Below, one piece after another: positions 27,395 to 37,794 of a stretch of DNA of 64,000 nt. The stretch covers positions 2,264-66,263 of the forward strand of contig JAUVYB010000007.1 in assembly GCA_030603275.1 (NCBI GenBank). The letters run 5' to 3'. The notes beneath the pieces were generated by a model. The model was not told the origin of the DNA and ran no database searches. It saw only the letters and a program-made list of their open reading frames with translations. The stretch comes from Deltaproteobacteria bacterium. GTDB lineage: Bacteria > Chloroflexota > Dehalococcoidia > Dehalococcoidales > BS750m-G39. How positions within the stretch are numbered: position 1 is the first letter of the stretch; each line of letters begins with the position of its first letter. Made by a program: the position numbers and the translations under genes.

Positions 27395-28639
27395 TCAGTC
27401 GTCAATGCCGGGTACCGGGAAGCGAGAGCATATCTGACTGACTTCTCCTCTCACCTCCTTTTGAATTTTGGAATTATCAATATTGTCCAGAATTTTTATA
27501 ATCATGGCGGCGATTTGTTTTATTTCTTCCTTGCCGAAGCCCCGCGTGGTCACCGCCGGGGTGCCCAGCCTGATGCCGCCGGTTATGCGGGGTGGCTGCC
27601 GGTCAAAGGGAATAGAATTGCGGTTGACCACAATGCCGGCGGTCCCCAAGGCTTCTTCAGCCTGCCGGCCGGTTATACCGGTTGAGGTGAGGTCAACCAG
27701 GACGAGGTGGTTATCGGTGCCGCCTGAGATTAAGCGCAGGCCGTTTTGCTGCAGTCCGGCGGCCAGAACCCGGGCATTATCCAGCACCGCCTGCTGGTAG
27801 TAGGTGAAGGCAGGTTGCATCGCCTCCTGAAAGCAGACCGCTTTTCCGGCAACAACGTGCATCAGCGGGCCTCCCTGCATCCTGGGAAAAACAGCATCGT
27901 CTATAGCTGGGGCCAGCCCTTTCTGGCAGAGAATAAAGCCGCTCCGGGGGCCGCGCAGTGTCTTGTGGGTGGTTGAGGTTACTACCTCGGCGTAGGGGAT
28001 GGGGGTGGGGTGTAAGCCCACCGCTACCATGCCGGCGATGTGGGCTATATCAACCAGTAGCTTGGCTCCAACCAGGTCGGCGATGTTGCGGAAACGCTCA
28101 AAATCAATAATCCTGGGGTAGGCGCTGGCGCCGGTCACAATCAGCCTGGGCTTGTGCTTTTTGGCCAGGTTTTCTATCTCCTGGTAGTCCATCCTTTCCG
28201 TCTCCCGGTTAACCCCGTAGTGTATGAAGTTATACGATTTGCCGGAGAAGCTTACCTTGGCCCCGTGGGTGAGGTGGCCGCCGTGAGCCAGGCTCATGCC
28301 CATGACCGTGTCGCCGTATTCCAGCAGGGCGTAGTATGACGCCATGTTGGCCTGGGCTCCGCTGTGGGGCTGGACATTGGCGTGCTGGGCCTTGAAAAGC
28401 TCCTTGGCCCGCTGGATAGCCAGGTTTTCCACGATATCCACGTTCTCACAACCGCCGTAGTAGCGTTTGCCGGGGTAGCCCTCGGCGTATTTGTTGGTAA
28501 GAAAAGAGCCTTCAGCCTGGAGCACCGCCCGGCTGGCGTAGTTCTCCGAGGCAATAAGGTTGATTGTTTCCCGCTGGCGTTTTGCCTCCAGTGCCAGGGC
28601 GCGGCTGATTTCCGGGTCGGTTTGACTTAAGAAGTCCAT
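27395..28639 (-). CDS. glyA: Serine hydroxymethyltransferase
   Basis: 414 aa. The PLP-lysine context [12 protein letters not shown] is present. Confidence 0.95.
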   Translation of the reverse strand: MDFLSQTDPEISRALALEAKRQRETINLIASENYASRAVLQAEGSFLTNKYAEGYPGKRYYGGCENVDIVENLAIQRAKELFKAQHANVQPHSGAQANMASYYALLEYGDTVMGMSLAHGGHLTHGAKVSFSGKSYNFIHYGVNRETERMDYQEIENLAKKHKPRLIVTGASAYPRIIDFERFRNIADLVGAKLLVDIAHIAGMVAVGLHPTPIPYAEVVTSTTHKTLRGPRSGFILCQKGLAPAIDDAVFPRMQGGPLMHVVAGKAVCFQEAMQPAFTYYQQAVLDNARVLAAGLQQNGLRLISGGTDNHLVLVDLTSTGITGRQAEEALGTAGIVVNRNSIPFDRQPPRITGGIRLGTPAVTTRGFGKEEIKQIAAMIIKILDNIDNSKIQKEVRGEVSQICSRFPVPGIDD

Positions 28640-28744
28640 TTTCCCTCCTGGCTAAAGTCTACAACTGCACCCTTGCAGGTGTCAAACCCTTGGGTTCTTT
28701 ATGCCCATTACTAAAGTTGGGGAGTAATTTGTTTTAATACCTAC

Positions 28745-28984
28745 CTACTAACCCACCCCCTTAATCCCCCGCCCTTGCAAGGGAGGGGGAGAGTATTTTT
28801 TAGAAGAGGGGCTAGCGCCCCTCTTAAACACCCCGCTTAGGTTAGTTTCATTTTCAGGGGGGGGATGAAGGGGCGATAGCCATGAATTTAGGGGGTTTAA
28901 GGGGGACGAAGTCCCCCTTTTCTATACTCAATTCCCCCTCTCCAAGAGTGGAGAGGGGGATAAAGGGGGTGAGGTTAATAAAAT
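28745..28984. repeat. Mosaic hairpin repeat locus R7 (inverted C and B modules followed by forward B and C)
   Basis: The reverse complement of 28748-28795 is a module C variant (CCCCCTCCC-ttgcaa-GGGCGGGGG ...gggggtgggttag). Reverse B: AAGAGGGGC-tagc-GCCCCTCTT. Forward B: AAGGGGGAC-gaa-GTCCCCCTT. The forward C hairpin and tail are identical to R1 up to gggggtgaggtt (R1 then reads gataaaat, R7 reads aataaaat). Confidence 0.9.
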
Positions 28985-29041
28985 GTCTCTAAATTGACTT
29001 GACATATTGCCCGTGATATCATAATCAAAAGGCTGGTTGAT

Positions 29042-29638
29042 ATGACAGCTCTGAGCGAGCTTTACCAAGAAATTGAGCGTTGCCAGCAGTGCGAGATAGC
29101 TAAATATCGGAACAGGGTGGTGCCGGGTGAAGGGGCGGAGGATGCCGACATAATGTTTATCGGTGAGGCACCAGGCTGGCACGAGGACCAGCAGGGGCGT
29201 CCCTTTGTCGGGCCGGCGGGGAAGTTTCTGGATGAATTACTGGCTTCTATCGGCTTGAACCGCCAGCAGGTCTATATTGCCAATGTGATTAAGTGCCGCC
29301 CTCAGGGAAACCGTGACCCCCTGCCTTCGGAAATCCAAAACTGCCGCCAGTGGCTGACACGCCAGATTGAGATAATTTGCCCCAAGATGATCGTAACCCT
29401 GGGGCGTTTCTCTATGGCTATGTACTTCCCCGGCAAGAGTATCAGTAAAATCCACGGTACGGCGCAGAAGCGGGATAATGTTATCTACTACGCCATGTAC
29501 CACCCGGCGGCGGCGCTGCACCAGGGGAGCTTGCGCCAGGCTATAGAGGCGGACATGCTCAAGATTCCTTCCCTTCTGGCCGAAGCCGGAAGTGTGACAG
29601 AGGCAAAGCAGGACCCAGAGCAATTAAGTATGTTTTAG
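29042..29638 (+). CDS. Uracil-DNA glycosylase, family 4 (Fe-S type)
   Basis: 198 aa. CQQCEI..., GEAPG, FVGPAG, NVIKCRP, HPAA motifs. Confidence 0.9.
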   Translation: MTALSELYQEIERCQQCEIAKYRNRVVPGEGAEDADIMFIGEAPGWHEDQQGRPFVGPAGKFLDELLASIGLNRQQVYIANVIKCRPQGNRDPLPSEIQNCRQWLTRQIEIICPKMIVTLGRFSMAMYFPGKSISKIHGTAQKRDNVIYYAMYHPAAALHQGSLRQAIEADMLKIPSLLAEAGSVTEAKQDPEQLSMF

Positions 29639-29661
29639 GTGAAAAATATAGGTGAAAGATA

Positions 29662-31320
29662 ATGACTAAACCAAGGTTAAAAATAATCCCCCTGGGGGGG
29701 CTATCTGAAATCGGCAAGAATATGATGTTGATGGAGTATGAGAACGACATCATCATCATTGATTCCGGGCTGATGTTCCCCGGGGAGGAAATGCTGGGCA
29801 TCGACCTGGTAATCCCCGACATCAGCTACCTGCTGGAGAATAAAGAGAAGATAAGGGGCATAGTTATCACCCATGGTCATGAAGACCATATCGGCGCCTT
29901 GCCTTACCTGCTGCCCCAGCTTAATGTGCCGGTCTATTCCACCAAGCTTACCAACGGGCTTATTTCGGTTAAGCTCAAGGAGAGAAAGGCGCTGGCCGGG
30001 GCCAAGCTCAATGTGGTGCCCTATGGCGGTCAGGTAAGTTTGGGCAAATTCAGGGTGGAGTTCTTCCACGTTTGCCACAGCATACCCGATGCCGCCGGTC
30101 TGATTATCCATACCCCGCTCGGCACTATTGTCCATAGCGGGGATTTTAAGCTCGATTACACCCCGGTAGACGGCAAGCCGACCGACCTTTCCCGTCTGGC
30201 TCAGTTGGGGGCGCAGGGGGTATTGCTGCTGCTGTCCGATTCCACCTATGCCGAGATGCCCGGTTATACCCCGTCGGAGAGGGTGGTGGGTGAGACCCTG
30301 GACCGGGTCATGGCCGAGGCGCCGGGCCGGGTGATTGTAACCACCTTCTCTTCGCTGGTGTCCCGCATTCAGCAGGTTATTGATGCCGCTGCCAAGCACC
30401 AGCGCCGGGTGTTTATTATCGGGCGGAGCATGACTGATATAGTGAAAATGACCCTGGAGCTGGGCTATCTCAAGGCTCCCGACGGCATACTGGCCCGGAT
30501 AGACGAACTTAAAGCAACGCCTCATAACAAGGTGGTCTTTGTCACCACCGGCAGCCAGGGGGAACCGACCTCGGCCCTGGTCCGCATCGCCAACCAAGAC
30601 CATCGCCATGTTCATATCCTGCGGGGGGACACGGTGGTGCTGTCAGCCAGCCCCGTCCCCGGCAACGAAGGCCTCATCAACCGCACCGTGGACAACCTGT
30701 TCCGGCAGGGTGCCCAGGTGCTTTACGATAAGGTGGCGCAGGTTCATGTCCACGGGCACGGCGGCCAGGAAGAACTGAAGCTGCTCTTGAATCTGGTCAA
30801 GCCCAGATTCTTTATACCCATTCACGGCGAATTCCGCCACCTCAGTTTTCATGCCAAGTTAGCCCAGTCGGTGGGCATCCCGGAGAAGAATGTCTTCCTG
30901 ATGGAAGACGGCGATGTCCTTGAGCTCGGCCAGTGGTCGGGTAAGATAACCGGCAAGGTCAGCTCGGGTAATGTGTATGTGGATGGCCTGAGCGTGGGTG
31001 ACGTCGGCACCGTGGTTTTACGCGACCGGAGGATGCTATCGCGGGACGGTATTGTTATGGTGATTATTACCGTTAACCGCCAGACCGGTAAGCTGGTGGG
31101 GCGTCCCGATGTTGTCTCCCGGGGCTTTGTTGATACCAGGGAGGCCAAGGATATGCTAGAAGAGAGCTGTGACCTAGTAGCTCGCTCTCTGGACCACAGC
31201 GGTGTCCGCCCGGCTGAATGGGGCTTTATCTACGCTAAAGTCAGGGATATACTGCATAAATTCTACTACGACCAGACCAAGCGCCGCCCCATGATTCTGC
31301 CGGTTATGGTGAAGGTGTAG
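29662..31320 (+). CDS. rnj: Ribonuclease J
   Basis: 552 aa. Beta-CASP MBL with THGHEDHIGALPYL. Confidence 0.93.
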   Translation: MTKPRLKIIPLGGLSEIGKNMMLMEYENDIIIIDSGLMFPGEEMLGIDLVIPDISYLLENKEKIRGIVITHGHEDHIGALPYLLPQLNVPVYSTKLTNGLISVKLKERKALAGAKLNVVPYGGQVSLGKFRVEFFHVCHSIPDAAGLIIHTPLGTIVHSGDFKLDYTPVDGKPTDLSRLAQLGAQGVLLLLSDSTYAEMPGYTPSERVVGETLDRVMAEAPGRVIVTTFSSLVSRIQQVIDAAAKHQRRVFIIGRSMTDIVKMTLELGYLKAPDGILARIDELKATPHNKVVFVTTGSQGEPTSALVRIANQDHRHVHILRGDTVVLSASPVPGNEGLINRTVDNLFRQGAQVLYDKVAQVHVHGHGGQEELKLLLNLVKPRFFIPIHGEFRHLSFHAKLAQSVGIPEKNVFLMEDGDVLELGQWSGKITGKVSSGNVYVDGLSVGDVGTVVLRDRRMLSRDGIVMVIITVNRQTGKLVGRPDVVSRGFVDTREAKDMLEESCDLVARSLDHSGVRPAEWGFIYAKVRDILHKFYYDQTKRRPMILPVMVKV

Positions 31321-31327
31321 GTTTTAT

Positions 31328-33529
31328 ATGGCTAAAAAGAAGGCAAAGGCTAATCGTCAGCCGACAAGAGAGTCCAGGGCCAGGGGTGAATCGGGCTGGA
31401 AGCGGTTTTTCCGTTATATCTGGCTGCCGCCGGTGCGCCGCCTGATACTGGCGGTGATTATCGTTGCTCTAGCGTTCTGGCACTGGGCGACAATTACCGC
31501 TTGGGCGGCCAGCGTCTGGGATGGCACCCTGGCCCTGTTCGGCTGGGGGCTGGGCTTTCTGGTGTTGGTCTTTGGCGTACTGATGGGGATAGTGTGGGGG
31601 CAGAGGGTGCTCTCCTTTATCTACCACTGGAACCAGTGGCTGGGTGGTATTGTCTTTACCCTGGTGGCCTGGGGAATAATGGCCTTTTTCGGGGTGGGGG
31701 GCAGCTTCGGTCAGGGTATTATCGGGGCTAGCATTGCTCCGGGTATTCTGCGCCTGCTGGGGCTGGTAATTTTAGGTTTTATCCTGGTCGCTCCCGGCTT
31801 GAGCTGGCGGGTCGTGGCCAGGTTATTCTCCTGGATAGGCAGAAAGCTCAGGGAACGTCCCGCTCCCAGGCCGGTGACCTATGTAGAGCCTCCCACCGTT
31901 GAGAAGCTGGCGACGCCTCCGGTAATGGTACCGCCTCCGGTGACTGCGCCCCAGCCGCCGTTGACCAGGGAGCCTGAAGCGGAGGTGCCGATGCTTACCC
32001 CTACCCCGGCGCAGCAGGAGCTGCGGCAGGTAGCCCAGGAGGTATGGAAGAAATACGGCGAATCGCCGTCGCTGGTTATGGTTGACGGCTGGCGGTTGCC
32101 CCCTATCGATATTCTGGATAGCGTGCCCGATGTCGAGTTCGGGCAGGCGGATAACATGCAGCGGGCCAAGATTATCGAGGAGGCACTGGCCAGCTATGGC
32201 GTTGAGGCTAAAGTGGTGCAGATAAACGCCGGTCCTACCGTCACCCAGTTCGGCATAGAGCCGGGCTGGGACAGGAAGATGAAGGAGATAAAAGAACGGG
32301 ACAGGGACGGCAATGTCCAGGTGAGGATGGAGGAGGTATCCAAGACCAGGGTTAAAGTAGAGAGGATTACCTCTCTGTCTAACGACCTGGCGCTGGCCCT
32401 GGCGGCGCCCAGCATAAGGATTGAAGCCCCGGTGCCGGGCAAGTCAGTAGTTGGGATTGAAGTCCCCAATACCATCTACGGCATGGTCAGCCTGCGGGGG
32501 GTAATGGAGAGCAGCCCCTTCCAGAAGATAACCGCCAAGTCCAAGATAGCGCTGGCGCTGGGCAAGGGCGCCGGTGGGGAGGCGGTGGCCGGTGACCTGT
32601 CTAAGATGCCCCACCTGCTTATCGCCGGGGCTACCGGCAGCGGCAAGACGGTCTGCCTCAATTCCAGCATCTGCTGCCTGCTGATGCACGCCCCTCCCAG
32701 CGAGGTGCAGTTTATTATGATTGACCCCAAGCGGGTGGAGCTGACATCGTACAACAGCATACCTCACCTGGCTACCCCGGTCATCGTGGATACTCAGAAA
32801 GCCATGGGCACGCTGCGCTGGCTAAACCAGGAGATGGACAAGCGGTACCAGAAGCTGGCTGCCGCCGGCGCCCGCAACATTGATGGTTATAACAAGAAAG
32901 TGGAGGGGGAGGAGAAGCTCCCCTACCTGGTGCTGGTCATCGACGAGCTGGCCGACCTGATGATGGCCGGCTTTGACGAGGTGGAGCACGTCCTCTGCCG
33001 TCTGGCTCAGCTGGCCCGGGCTACCGGCATTCACCTAATCGTGGCGACACAGCGCCCGTCAGTTGACGTGGTCACCGGCCTGATTAAGGCCAACTTCCCC
33101 ACCCGCATCAGCTTTGCCGTCACCTCCCAGGTCGATTCGCGCACCATCCTTGATATGGGCGGGGCGGAAAAGCTTTTGGGCCGGGGGGATATGCTCTATA
33201 TGCCTACCGAGGCGGCCAAGCCCAAGCGCCTTCAGGGGTGCTATGTCTCCGATGCCGAGGTGGAGAGGCTGGTCTACTTCTGGAACAGCCAGAAGGGTGA
33301 AGAGGCGGTTATGCCCAAGATTGAGGAGATTACCGCGACTGCGGCCGGGAGGGGAAGCTTCCCCGCCGACCCGCTGATGGAAGCCGCTCGGCAGCTGGCC
33401 GAGGAACACGGCCATATATCAACTTCTTTTTTGCAGAGAAAGCTGCGCATCGGCTACCCCCGCGCGGCGCGCATCATGGAGCAGCTCGAGGAGGAGGAGG
33501 GGATAGTGGGGGGAGAAGGGGAAGTTTAA
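31328..33529 (+). CDS. ftsK: DNA translocase FtsK
   Basis: 733 aa. N-terminal TM helices, P/V-rich linker, GATGSGKTV Walker A, VIDELADLMM, and a C-terminal gamma winged helix. Confidence 0.95.
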   Translation: MAKKKAKANRQPTRESRARGESGWKRFFRYIWLPPVRRLILAVIIVALAFWHWATITAWAASVWDGTLALFGWGLGFLVLVFGVLMGIVWGQRVLSFIYHWNQWLGGIVFTLVAWGIMAFFGVGGSFGQGIIGASIAPGILRLLGLVILGFILVAPGLSWRVVARLFSWIGRKLRERPAPRPVTYVEPPTVEKLATPPVMVPPPVTAPQPPLTREPEAEVPMLTPTPAQQELRQVAQEVWKKYGESPSLVMVDGWRLPPIDILDSVPDVEFGQADNMQRAKIIEEALASYGVEAKVVQINAGPTVTQFGIEPGWDRKMKEIKERDRDGNVQVRMEEVSKTRVKVERITSLSNDLALALAAPSIRIEAPVPGKSVVGIEVPNTIYGMVSLRGVMESSPFQKITAKSKIALALGKGAGGEAVAGDLSKMPHLLIAGATGSGKTVCLNSSICCLLMHAPPSEVQFIMIDPKRVELTSYNSIPHLATPVIVDTQKAMGTLRWLNQEMDKRYQKLAAAGARNIDGYNKKVEGEEKLPYLVLVIDELADLMMAGFDEVEHVLCRLAQLARATGIHLIVATQRPSVDVVTGLIKANFPTRISFAVTSQVDSRTILDMGGAEKLLGRGDMLYMPTEAAKPKRLQGCYVSDAEVERLVYFWNSQKGEEAVMPKIEEITATAAGRGSFPADPLMEAARQLAEEHGHISTSFLQRKLRIGYPRAARIMEQLEEEEGIVGGEGEV

Positions 33530-33530
33530 T

Positions 33531-33650
33531 CTTTTCCCACCCACCGCCCTTTTAAGGTAAAGAGGGGTTGCACCCCTCTTAGAAACACCCTGCTTGCATT
33601 GGTTGGTTGTTAAGTTGGGGGTATTATGGGGGAGGTTGGGGAGGAAGGTA
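33531..33650 (-). repeat. Mosaic hairpin repeat locus R8 (inverted B plus A-core composite, then a G-rich tail)
   Basis: tttcccacccaccgcccttttaaggtaAAGAGGGGttgcaCCCCTCTTagaaacaccc is the reverse complement of the 'gtgtttaagagggg..cccctctttacc..aaagggtggcgggtggga' composite seen at R2, R10 and R13. Confidence 0.8.
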
Positions 33651-33653
33651 GCT

Positions 33654-34664
33654 ATGCCAGAAGTGACGATTGAAGGAAAGCCAAGACTATACTTTTCGAC
33701 CAATGCGTCAGATAAGTCGTGGAGATTCAAAGAGAAAATTGTTGCTGTTATTGAGTCATACTTTCAGAATCTGGACGATCTTTACGTATTCTCTTCAAAA
33801 AAAATACAGAATATTGTAAATGACCCTGAAGAAATTGATGTAGCATTTGCAAATATTTCAGATCCAACGTCTATTTTTGAATTTGTTCAGGTCCGAGACC
33901 GCCAAAATACCGAGGGCAGACCTTGGGTGGAACAATTATTAGGACAACGGGCTTCTCTTGGAATAGAAGCTGGTGGCATTATGGTTTCAACAGGCAAGTT
34001 TTCTCAAAATGCTATAAGGTTGGCTTCAAAGAAAAACATTCGGCTTAGGTTGTTACTCCCTGAGAGCGAAGAGAACATAAAGGTATGGTATGAACCAAAT
34101 ACTATTGGCGTACAGAGTCCCATTGTGGAAATAGATCATTGTTCAGTTCTGGCTGGAGTGGATAATAGAATTCTCGAATTTAAAACTGATGAACGTAAGA
34201 GCATTGAAAACAATATACTAGTGCCTACCACTGAGAAAAATAAATATAGGATAATCTCTCTGGCGAGGGTCTTTGATGTTGACGTTATGGGTAATAATAA
34301 ACGGCAGAAGGAGTTCCTTGCTAAGATACCAATCAATACGGAATTTCATAAAGCTACCCTTGTAATCCAATATAAACGACCACGTCTATATCTTAAAGTT
34401 AATCCACCATATATAACTGTTTCAGGGGAACCCAAGGAGATTCTACCAATTGTAGGGATAGTATTTTTTGTGAGAGCTAATCACCAAGCCCTTAATTTTC
34501 CTATTGCATACAGATACAAGTATGTAGACGCCATCAACAACACCTGTATTGGGCAGGCTATTATTGCCGAGGATTACCTAGATGATCAAGAATTCTATAT
34601 TTGTTTGTTGAGACATAATATTGTTGGGGATAATAGAAATATAGGGGGTGCCTTCTTTAAATAA
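33654..34664 (+). CDS. Restriction-endonuclease-fold (Mrr_cat-like) N-terminal domain protein with an unknown C-terminal half
   Basis: ATG 33654 (MPEVTIEGKPRLYF...). The segment EEIDVAF...FEFVQVRD...GIMVSTGKFSQNAIRLASKKNIRLRLL resembles the D...(E/Q)xK core plus the 'TT..Fs..A...A....I.L.D' tail of Mrr-type nucleases, but with R in the K position. Strongly AT-rich. Confidence 0.5.
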   Translation: MPEVTIEGKPRLYFSTNASDKSWRFKEKIVAVIESYFQNLDDLYVFSSKKIQNIVNDPEEIDVAFANISDPTSIFEFVQVRDRQNTEGRPWVEQLLGQRASLGIEAGGIMVSTGKFSQNAIRLASKKNIRLRLLLPESEENIKVWYEPNTIGVQSPIVEIDHCSVLAGVDNRILEFKTDERKSIENNILVPTTEKNKYRIISLARVFDVDVMGNNKRQKEFLAKIPINTEFHKATLVIQYKRPRLYLKVNPPYITVSGEPKEILPIVGIVFFVRANHQALNFPIAYRYKYVDAINNTCIGQAIIAEDYLDDQEFYICLLRHNIVGDNRNIGGAFFK

Positions 34665-34700
34665 TAACCACAGCGGTATTCAGCATTTCCCCTTCTCCTA

Positions 34701-35123
34701 TTAAGTTCCCAGGAGTACGAAGGGTATAATAAGGGCGACGAGACCTATAAAGAGAACGCCGAACATAAACAGGTTATATCGCATCCTGTAATCGCTCAGC
34801 AGCGACTGGTCATAGTAATCTGCTACACCTTGATCTTTGTACATCTTTAAGAGACCATTCAGCAGCTTTACTCTGGTTTGCCTGCCTCTTAGTAAACCAA
34901 ATTCTACAATCAGATTGACCACTATCAAAAGAGCTACAAGCGTGAACATTACAATCATTGTTGAGGCATCACCGCCGCCCGAGGCGATTCCGGAATTAAT
35001 GGCAAGAACCAGCAGGTTGAGGATAATCCCGGTGAGAATAAAAATCGTGTCCGTGCGTGAGTTGGTACCAAGTTCGCTGATAATGTGCTCATGAACTCGC
35101 TCAATCATGTTACCCTCCTTCAT
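34701..35123 (-). CDS. Small 3-TM membrane protein, hypothetical
   Basis: 140 aa with three hydrophobic helices. AT-rich. Convergent with the nuclease-fold gene across a 36-nt gap. Confidence 0.55.
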   Translation of the reverse strand: MKEGNMIERVHEHIISELGTNSRTDTIFILTGIILNLLVLAINSGIASGGGDASTMIVMFTLVALLIVVNLIVEFGLLRGRQTRVKLLNGLLKMYKDQGVADYYDQSLLSDYRMRYNLFMFGVLFIGLVALIIPFVLLGT

Positions 35124-35145
35124 TACTCGTAGTTTATAATGCTAC

Positions 35146-35289
35146 CTATTTTTGCCGTTTTAGCCGCTTCATAATCGCATCCATATAAATCCTGGCTATG
35201 TTCTTACCGTGCTTGGCTATGCGTTCCCGCTTTTTCTGGAGCTTCTTTTCCCGGCGCTCCTGCCTGGTCTCTTCCTCGTCGTTGGTCAT
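35146..35289 (-). CDS. Possible 47-aa highly basic peptide translationally coupled to uvrB
   Basis: Own translation: [47 protein letters not shown]. Its ATG overlaps the uvrB TGA as ATGA (35289-35286). Confidence 0.25.
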   Translation of the reverse strand: MTNDEEETRQERREKKLQKKRERIAKHGKNIARIYMDAIMKRLKRQK

Positions 35290-37274
35290 TTCTTTATCTC
35301 CACCGGCTCGAACTCTTTCCTGAGCTCGATAATGCGGTCGCGGATTAATGCCGCCTTTTCGAACTCAAGATTGCGGGCGGCGGTCTTCATATGGGCTTCC
35401 AGCTCTTTAATCAGCCGGGTGATGTCCTCCCTGGTGAGGGGGGCGGCGGCGTCATAGACAGCGTGGACATCGGCGGCCACCTTTACCCGCGCGGTGATGT
35501 CCTTTATAGCTTTCCTTATCCCGCGGGGGGTAATGCCGTGCTCTTTGTTATAGGCCTGCTGAATCCGGCGGCGGCGCCTGGCCTCGTCGATGGCAGCCTG
35601 CATTGATTTAGTGACGGCATCGGCGTACATGATGACATGGCCGTCAATGTGGCGGGCGGCGCGCCCCATAGTCTGGATTAGCGCTCCCGCCGACCTTAAG
35701 AAGCCCTCTTTATCGGCGTCCAGAATGGCCACCAGGCTGACCTCGGGCAGGTCAAGCCCCTCCCGCAGCAGGTTTATCCCCACCACCACGTCGTAAACGC
35801 CTAGGCGGAGGTCGCGCAGTATCTCCACCCTCTCCAAAGTATCAATCTCGGAGTGGAGGTAGTGGGTCTTGAAGCCCATCTCTATCAGGTAGTCGGCCAG
35901 CTCCTCGGCCATGCGCTTGGTCAGGGTGGGGACCCGGCAGCGCTCCTTTTTGTCCACCCTGGCCTTAATCCGGTCGAGGAGGTCGTCAATCTGCCCTTTA
36001 GTGGGCTTTATTTCAACCGTTGGCTCAAGGAGGCCGGTGGGGCGGACCAATTGTTCCACTACCTGCTGGCTGTGCTGGTGCTCGTATTCTCCGGGGGTGG
36101 CCGAGGTATAGGCAACCTGGTTGAGGCGCTGCTGAAACTCGGTGAAGTTGAGGGGGCGGTTGTCCAGCGCCGAGGGCAGGCGGAAGCCGTACTCGACCAG
36201 GGTTTCCTTGCGGGAGCGGTCTCCGTGGTACATGCCGCGAATCTGGGGGATGGTCATGTGCGATTCGTCGATGAAGAGCAGGAAGTCATCGGGGAAGTAG
36301 TCGAGCAGGGTGGAGGGGGGGCTGCCGGCAGGGCGCTGGGCCAGGTGGCGGGAGTAGTTCTCCACGGCATGACAGTAGCCCGCCTCCCGCAGCATCTCCA
36401 TATCATAGTTGGTGCGGGCTTCCAGCCTTGCCGCCTCCAGCAGCTTGCCCTGCTGTTTTAGCTCGGCCAGGCGCTCGTCAAGCTCCTGCTTTATGCTGTC
36501 CAGCGCCAGCATCAGCTTCTGGTGGGAGGTAACGAAGTGCTTGGCGGGGTAGATATCTATCGCTTCCAGTTCCTTCAACAGCTCGCCGGTGAGCGGGTCT
36601 ATCTCCATGATGCGCTCGATTTCGTCGCCGAAGAACTCAATCCGCAGGGCTAATTCCTCGTAGGAGGGTTGAATCTCCAGGGTATCGCCGCGCACCCGGA
36701 ACCTGCCCCGGGTGAAGTCTATATCGTTGCGCTCATACTGCATATCCACCAGCTGCCTGAGAAGCTTTTCTCTACGGTAGCTCCCGCCCCGCTTGAGGGC
36801 GCAGACAAAGCTGCGGTATTCCTCCGGCTCGCCCAGGCCGTAGATGCAGGAGACCGAAGCCACGATGACCACGTCCCGCCGCGTAAAGAGGGAGCGGGTA
36901 GCGGCATGGCGCAGCTTGTCAATTTCCTCGTTGATGTCTATCTCCTTCTCAATGAAGGTATCGGTGCGGGGGATATAGGCCTCCGGCTGGTAGTAGTCGT
37001 AGTAGCTGACGAAGTACTCCACGGCGCTGTCGGGGAAGAACTCTTTGAACTCCGTGGAAAGCTGGGCGGCAAGTGTCTTGTTGTGGCAGATGACCAGAGT
37101 CGGCCGCTGCACCCGGGCGATGACGTTGGCCATGGTGAAGGTCTTGCCGCTGCCGGTAACGCCGAGCAGGGTCTGGTGCTTGAAGCCCTTATTTAAGCCT
37201 GCCACCAGTCCATCCACCGCCTGGGGCTGGTCACCGGTCATCTTGAAATCGGAGACTATCTCAAACTGAGGCAT
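35286..37274 (-). CDS. uvrB: Excinuclease ABC subunit B
   Basis: 662 aa. [10 protein letters not shown] Walker A, helicase motifs, and a C-terminal UVR domain ([13 protein letters not shown]). Confidence 0.97.
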   Translation of the reverse strand: MPQFEIVSDFKMTGDQPQAVDGLVAGLNKGFKHQTLLGVTGSGKTFTMANVIARVQRPTLVICHNKTLAAQLSTEFKEFFPDSAVEYFVSYYDYYQPEAYIPRTDTFIEKEIDINEEIDKLRHAATRSLFTRRDVVIVASVSCIYGLGEPEEYRSFVCALKRGGSYRREKLLRQLVDMQYERNDIDFTRGRFRVRGDTLEIQPSYEELALRIEFFGDEIERIMEIDPLTGELLKELEAIDIYPAKHFVTSHQKLMLALDSIKQELDERLAELKQQGKLLEAARLEARTNYDMEMLREAGYCHAVENYSRHLAQRPAGSPPSTLLDYFPDDFLLFIDESHMTIPQIRGMYHGDRSRKETLVEYGFRLPSALDNRPLNFTEFQQRLNQVAYTSATPGEYEHQHSQQVVEQLVRPTGLLEPTVEIKPTKGQIDDLLDRIKARVDKKERCRVPTLTKRMAEELADYLIEMGFKTHYLHSEIDTLERVEILRDLRLGVYDVVVGINLLREGLDLPEVSLVAILDADKEGFLRSAGALIQTMGRAARHIDGHVIMYADAVTKSMQAAIDEARRRRRIQQAYNKEHGITPRGIRKAIKDITARVKVAADVHAVYDAAAPLTREDITRLIKELEAHMKTAARNLEFEKAALIRDRIIELRKEFEPVEIKK

Positions 37275-37280
37275 ACTAAT

Positions 37281-37309
37281 AGTATAGCTTTTGAGGGGAC
37301 TGGTTACAA
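37281..37309 (-). promoter_or_regulatory. Promoter placing the uvrB start codon at the predicted transcription start (leaderless candidate)
   Basis: Minus-strand reading: TTGTAA(37309-37304), 17 nt, TATACT(37286-37281), attagt, ATG(37274). No SD is possible in the 6-nt gap. Confidence 0.45.
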
Positions 37310-37316
37310 TGTGGTA

Positions 37317-37345
37317 TTGACAATGCGCAACTTATTTAATAGACT
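37317..37345 (+). promoter_or_regulatory. Sigma70-type promoter (TTGACA, 17 nt, TAGACT) for the dodecin gene
   Basis: TTGACA at 37317-37322 and TAGACT at 37340-37345. Divergent from the uvrB promoter. Confidence 0.5.
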
Positions 37346-37403
37346 GAAAAGACCGTGGCAGTTCCGTAAATATGGGTACCTGCCGCGTATGAAGGAGGAT
37401 AAT

Positions 37404-37613
37404 ATGTCAGACAGCGTGTACAAGGTAGTTACACTGGTGGGCACCAGCCCCAAGTCCTGGGAGGAGGCGGCCACGGTGGCGGTTGAGACTGCCGCCAAGA
37501 CGCTGCGCGAGCTGCGCATCGCCGAGGTGGAGGAGATGGATATGCAGATAGACAAGGGGAAGGTCATCAGCTACCGCACCAAGGTGAAGGTATCCTTTAA
37601 GTATGAGGGTTAA
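37404..37613 (+). CDS. Dodecin family flavin-binding protein
   Basis: ATG 37404 after GAAGGAGG: MSDSVYKVVTLVGTSPKSWEEAATVAVETAAKTLRELRIAEVEEMDMQIDKGKVISYRTKVKVSFKYEG, a classic dodecin sequence. The track ORF's longer N-terminus is unlikely to be real. Confidence 0.85.
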   Translation: MSDSVYKVVTLVGTSPKSWEEAATVAVETAAKTLRELRIAEVEEMDMQIDKGKVISYRTKVKVSFKYEG

Positions 37614-37660
37614 GCATTAAGCTTTAAGCCCGGGCATAACTGAATATTAGAGAGCACTCA

Positions 37661-37690
37661 AGGGAGGGGGATTACCCCTCCCTGTTTTTA
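37661..37690 (+). terminator. Intrinsic terminator after the dodecin gene
   Basis: AGGGAGGGG-gatta-CCCCTCCCT followed by GTTTTTA. Confidence 0.7.
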
Positions 37691-37794
37691 TGCCCGGAGG
37701 GGCGACAAAAACAAGCCTGTAAAAATCGGGGAAACAATTCGAGCGTGGTTGAGAGTGGGGTTTGTTTTTAATGTTATGGTAAGTAGTGCTGTGC

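Noticed and set aside
29701-30615. 304-aa minus-strand ORF inside rnj (similar cases: 24244..25011 in secA, 10958..11710 in corA, 12658..13305 in the MBL gene, 51521..52174 in the phage module)
   Set aside because: These are antisense frames of confidently identified genes. High GC keeps them open, and I recognise no motifs in them.
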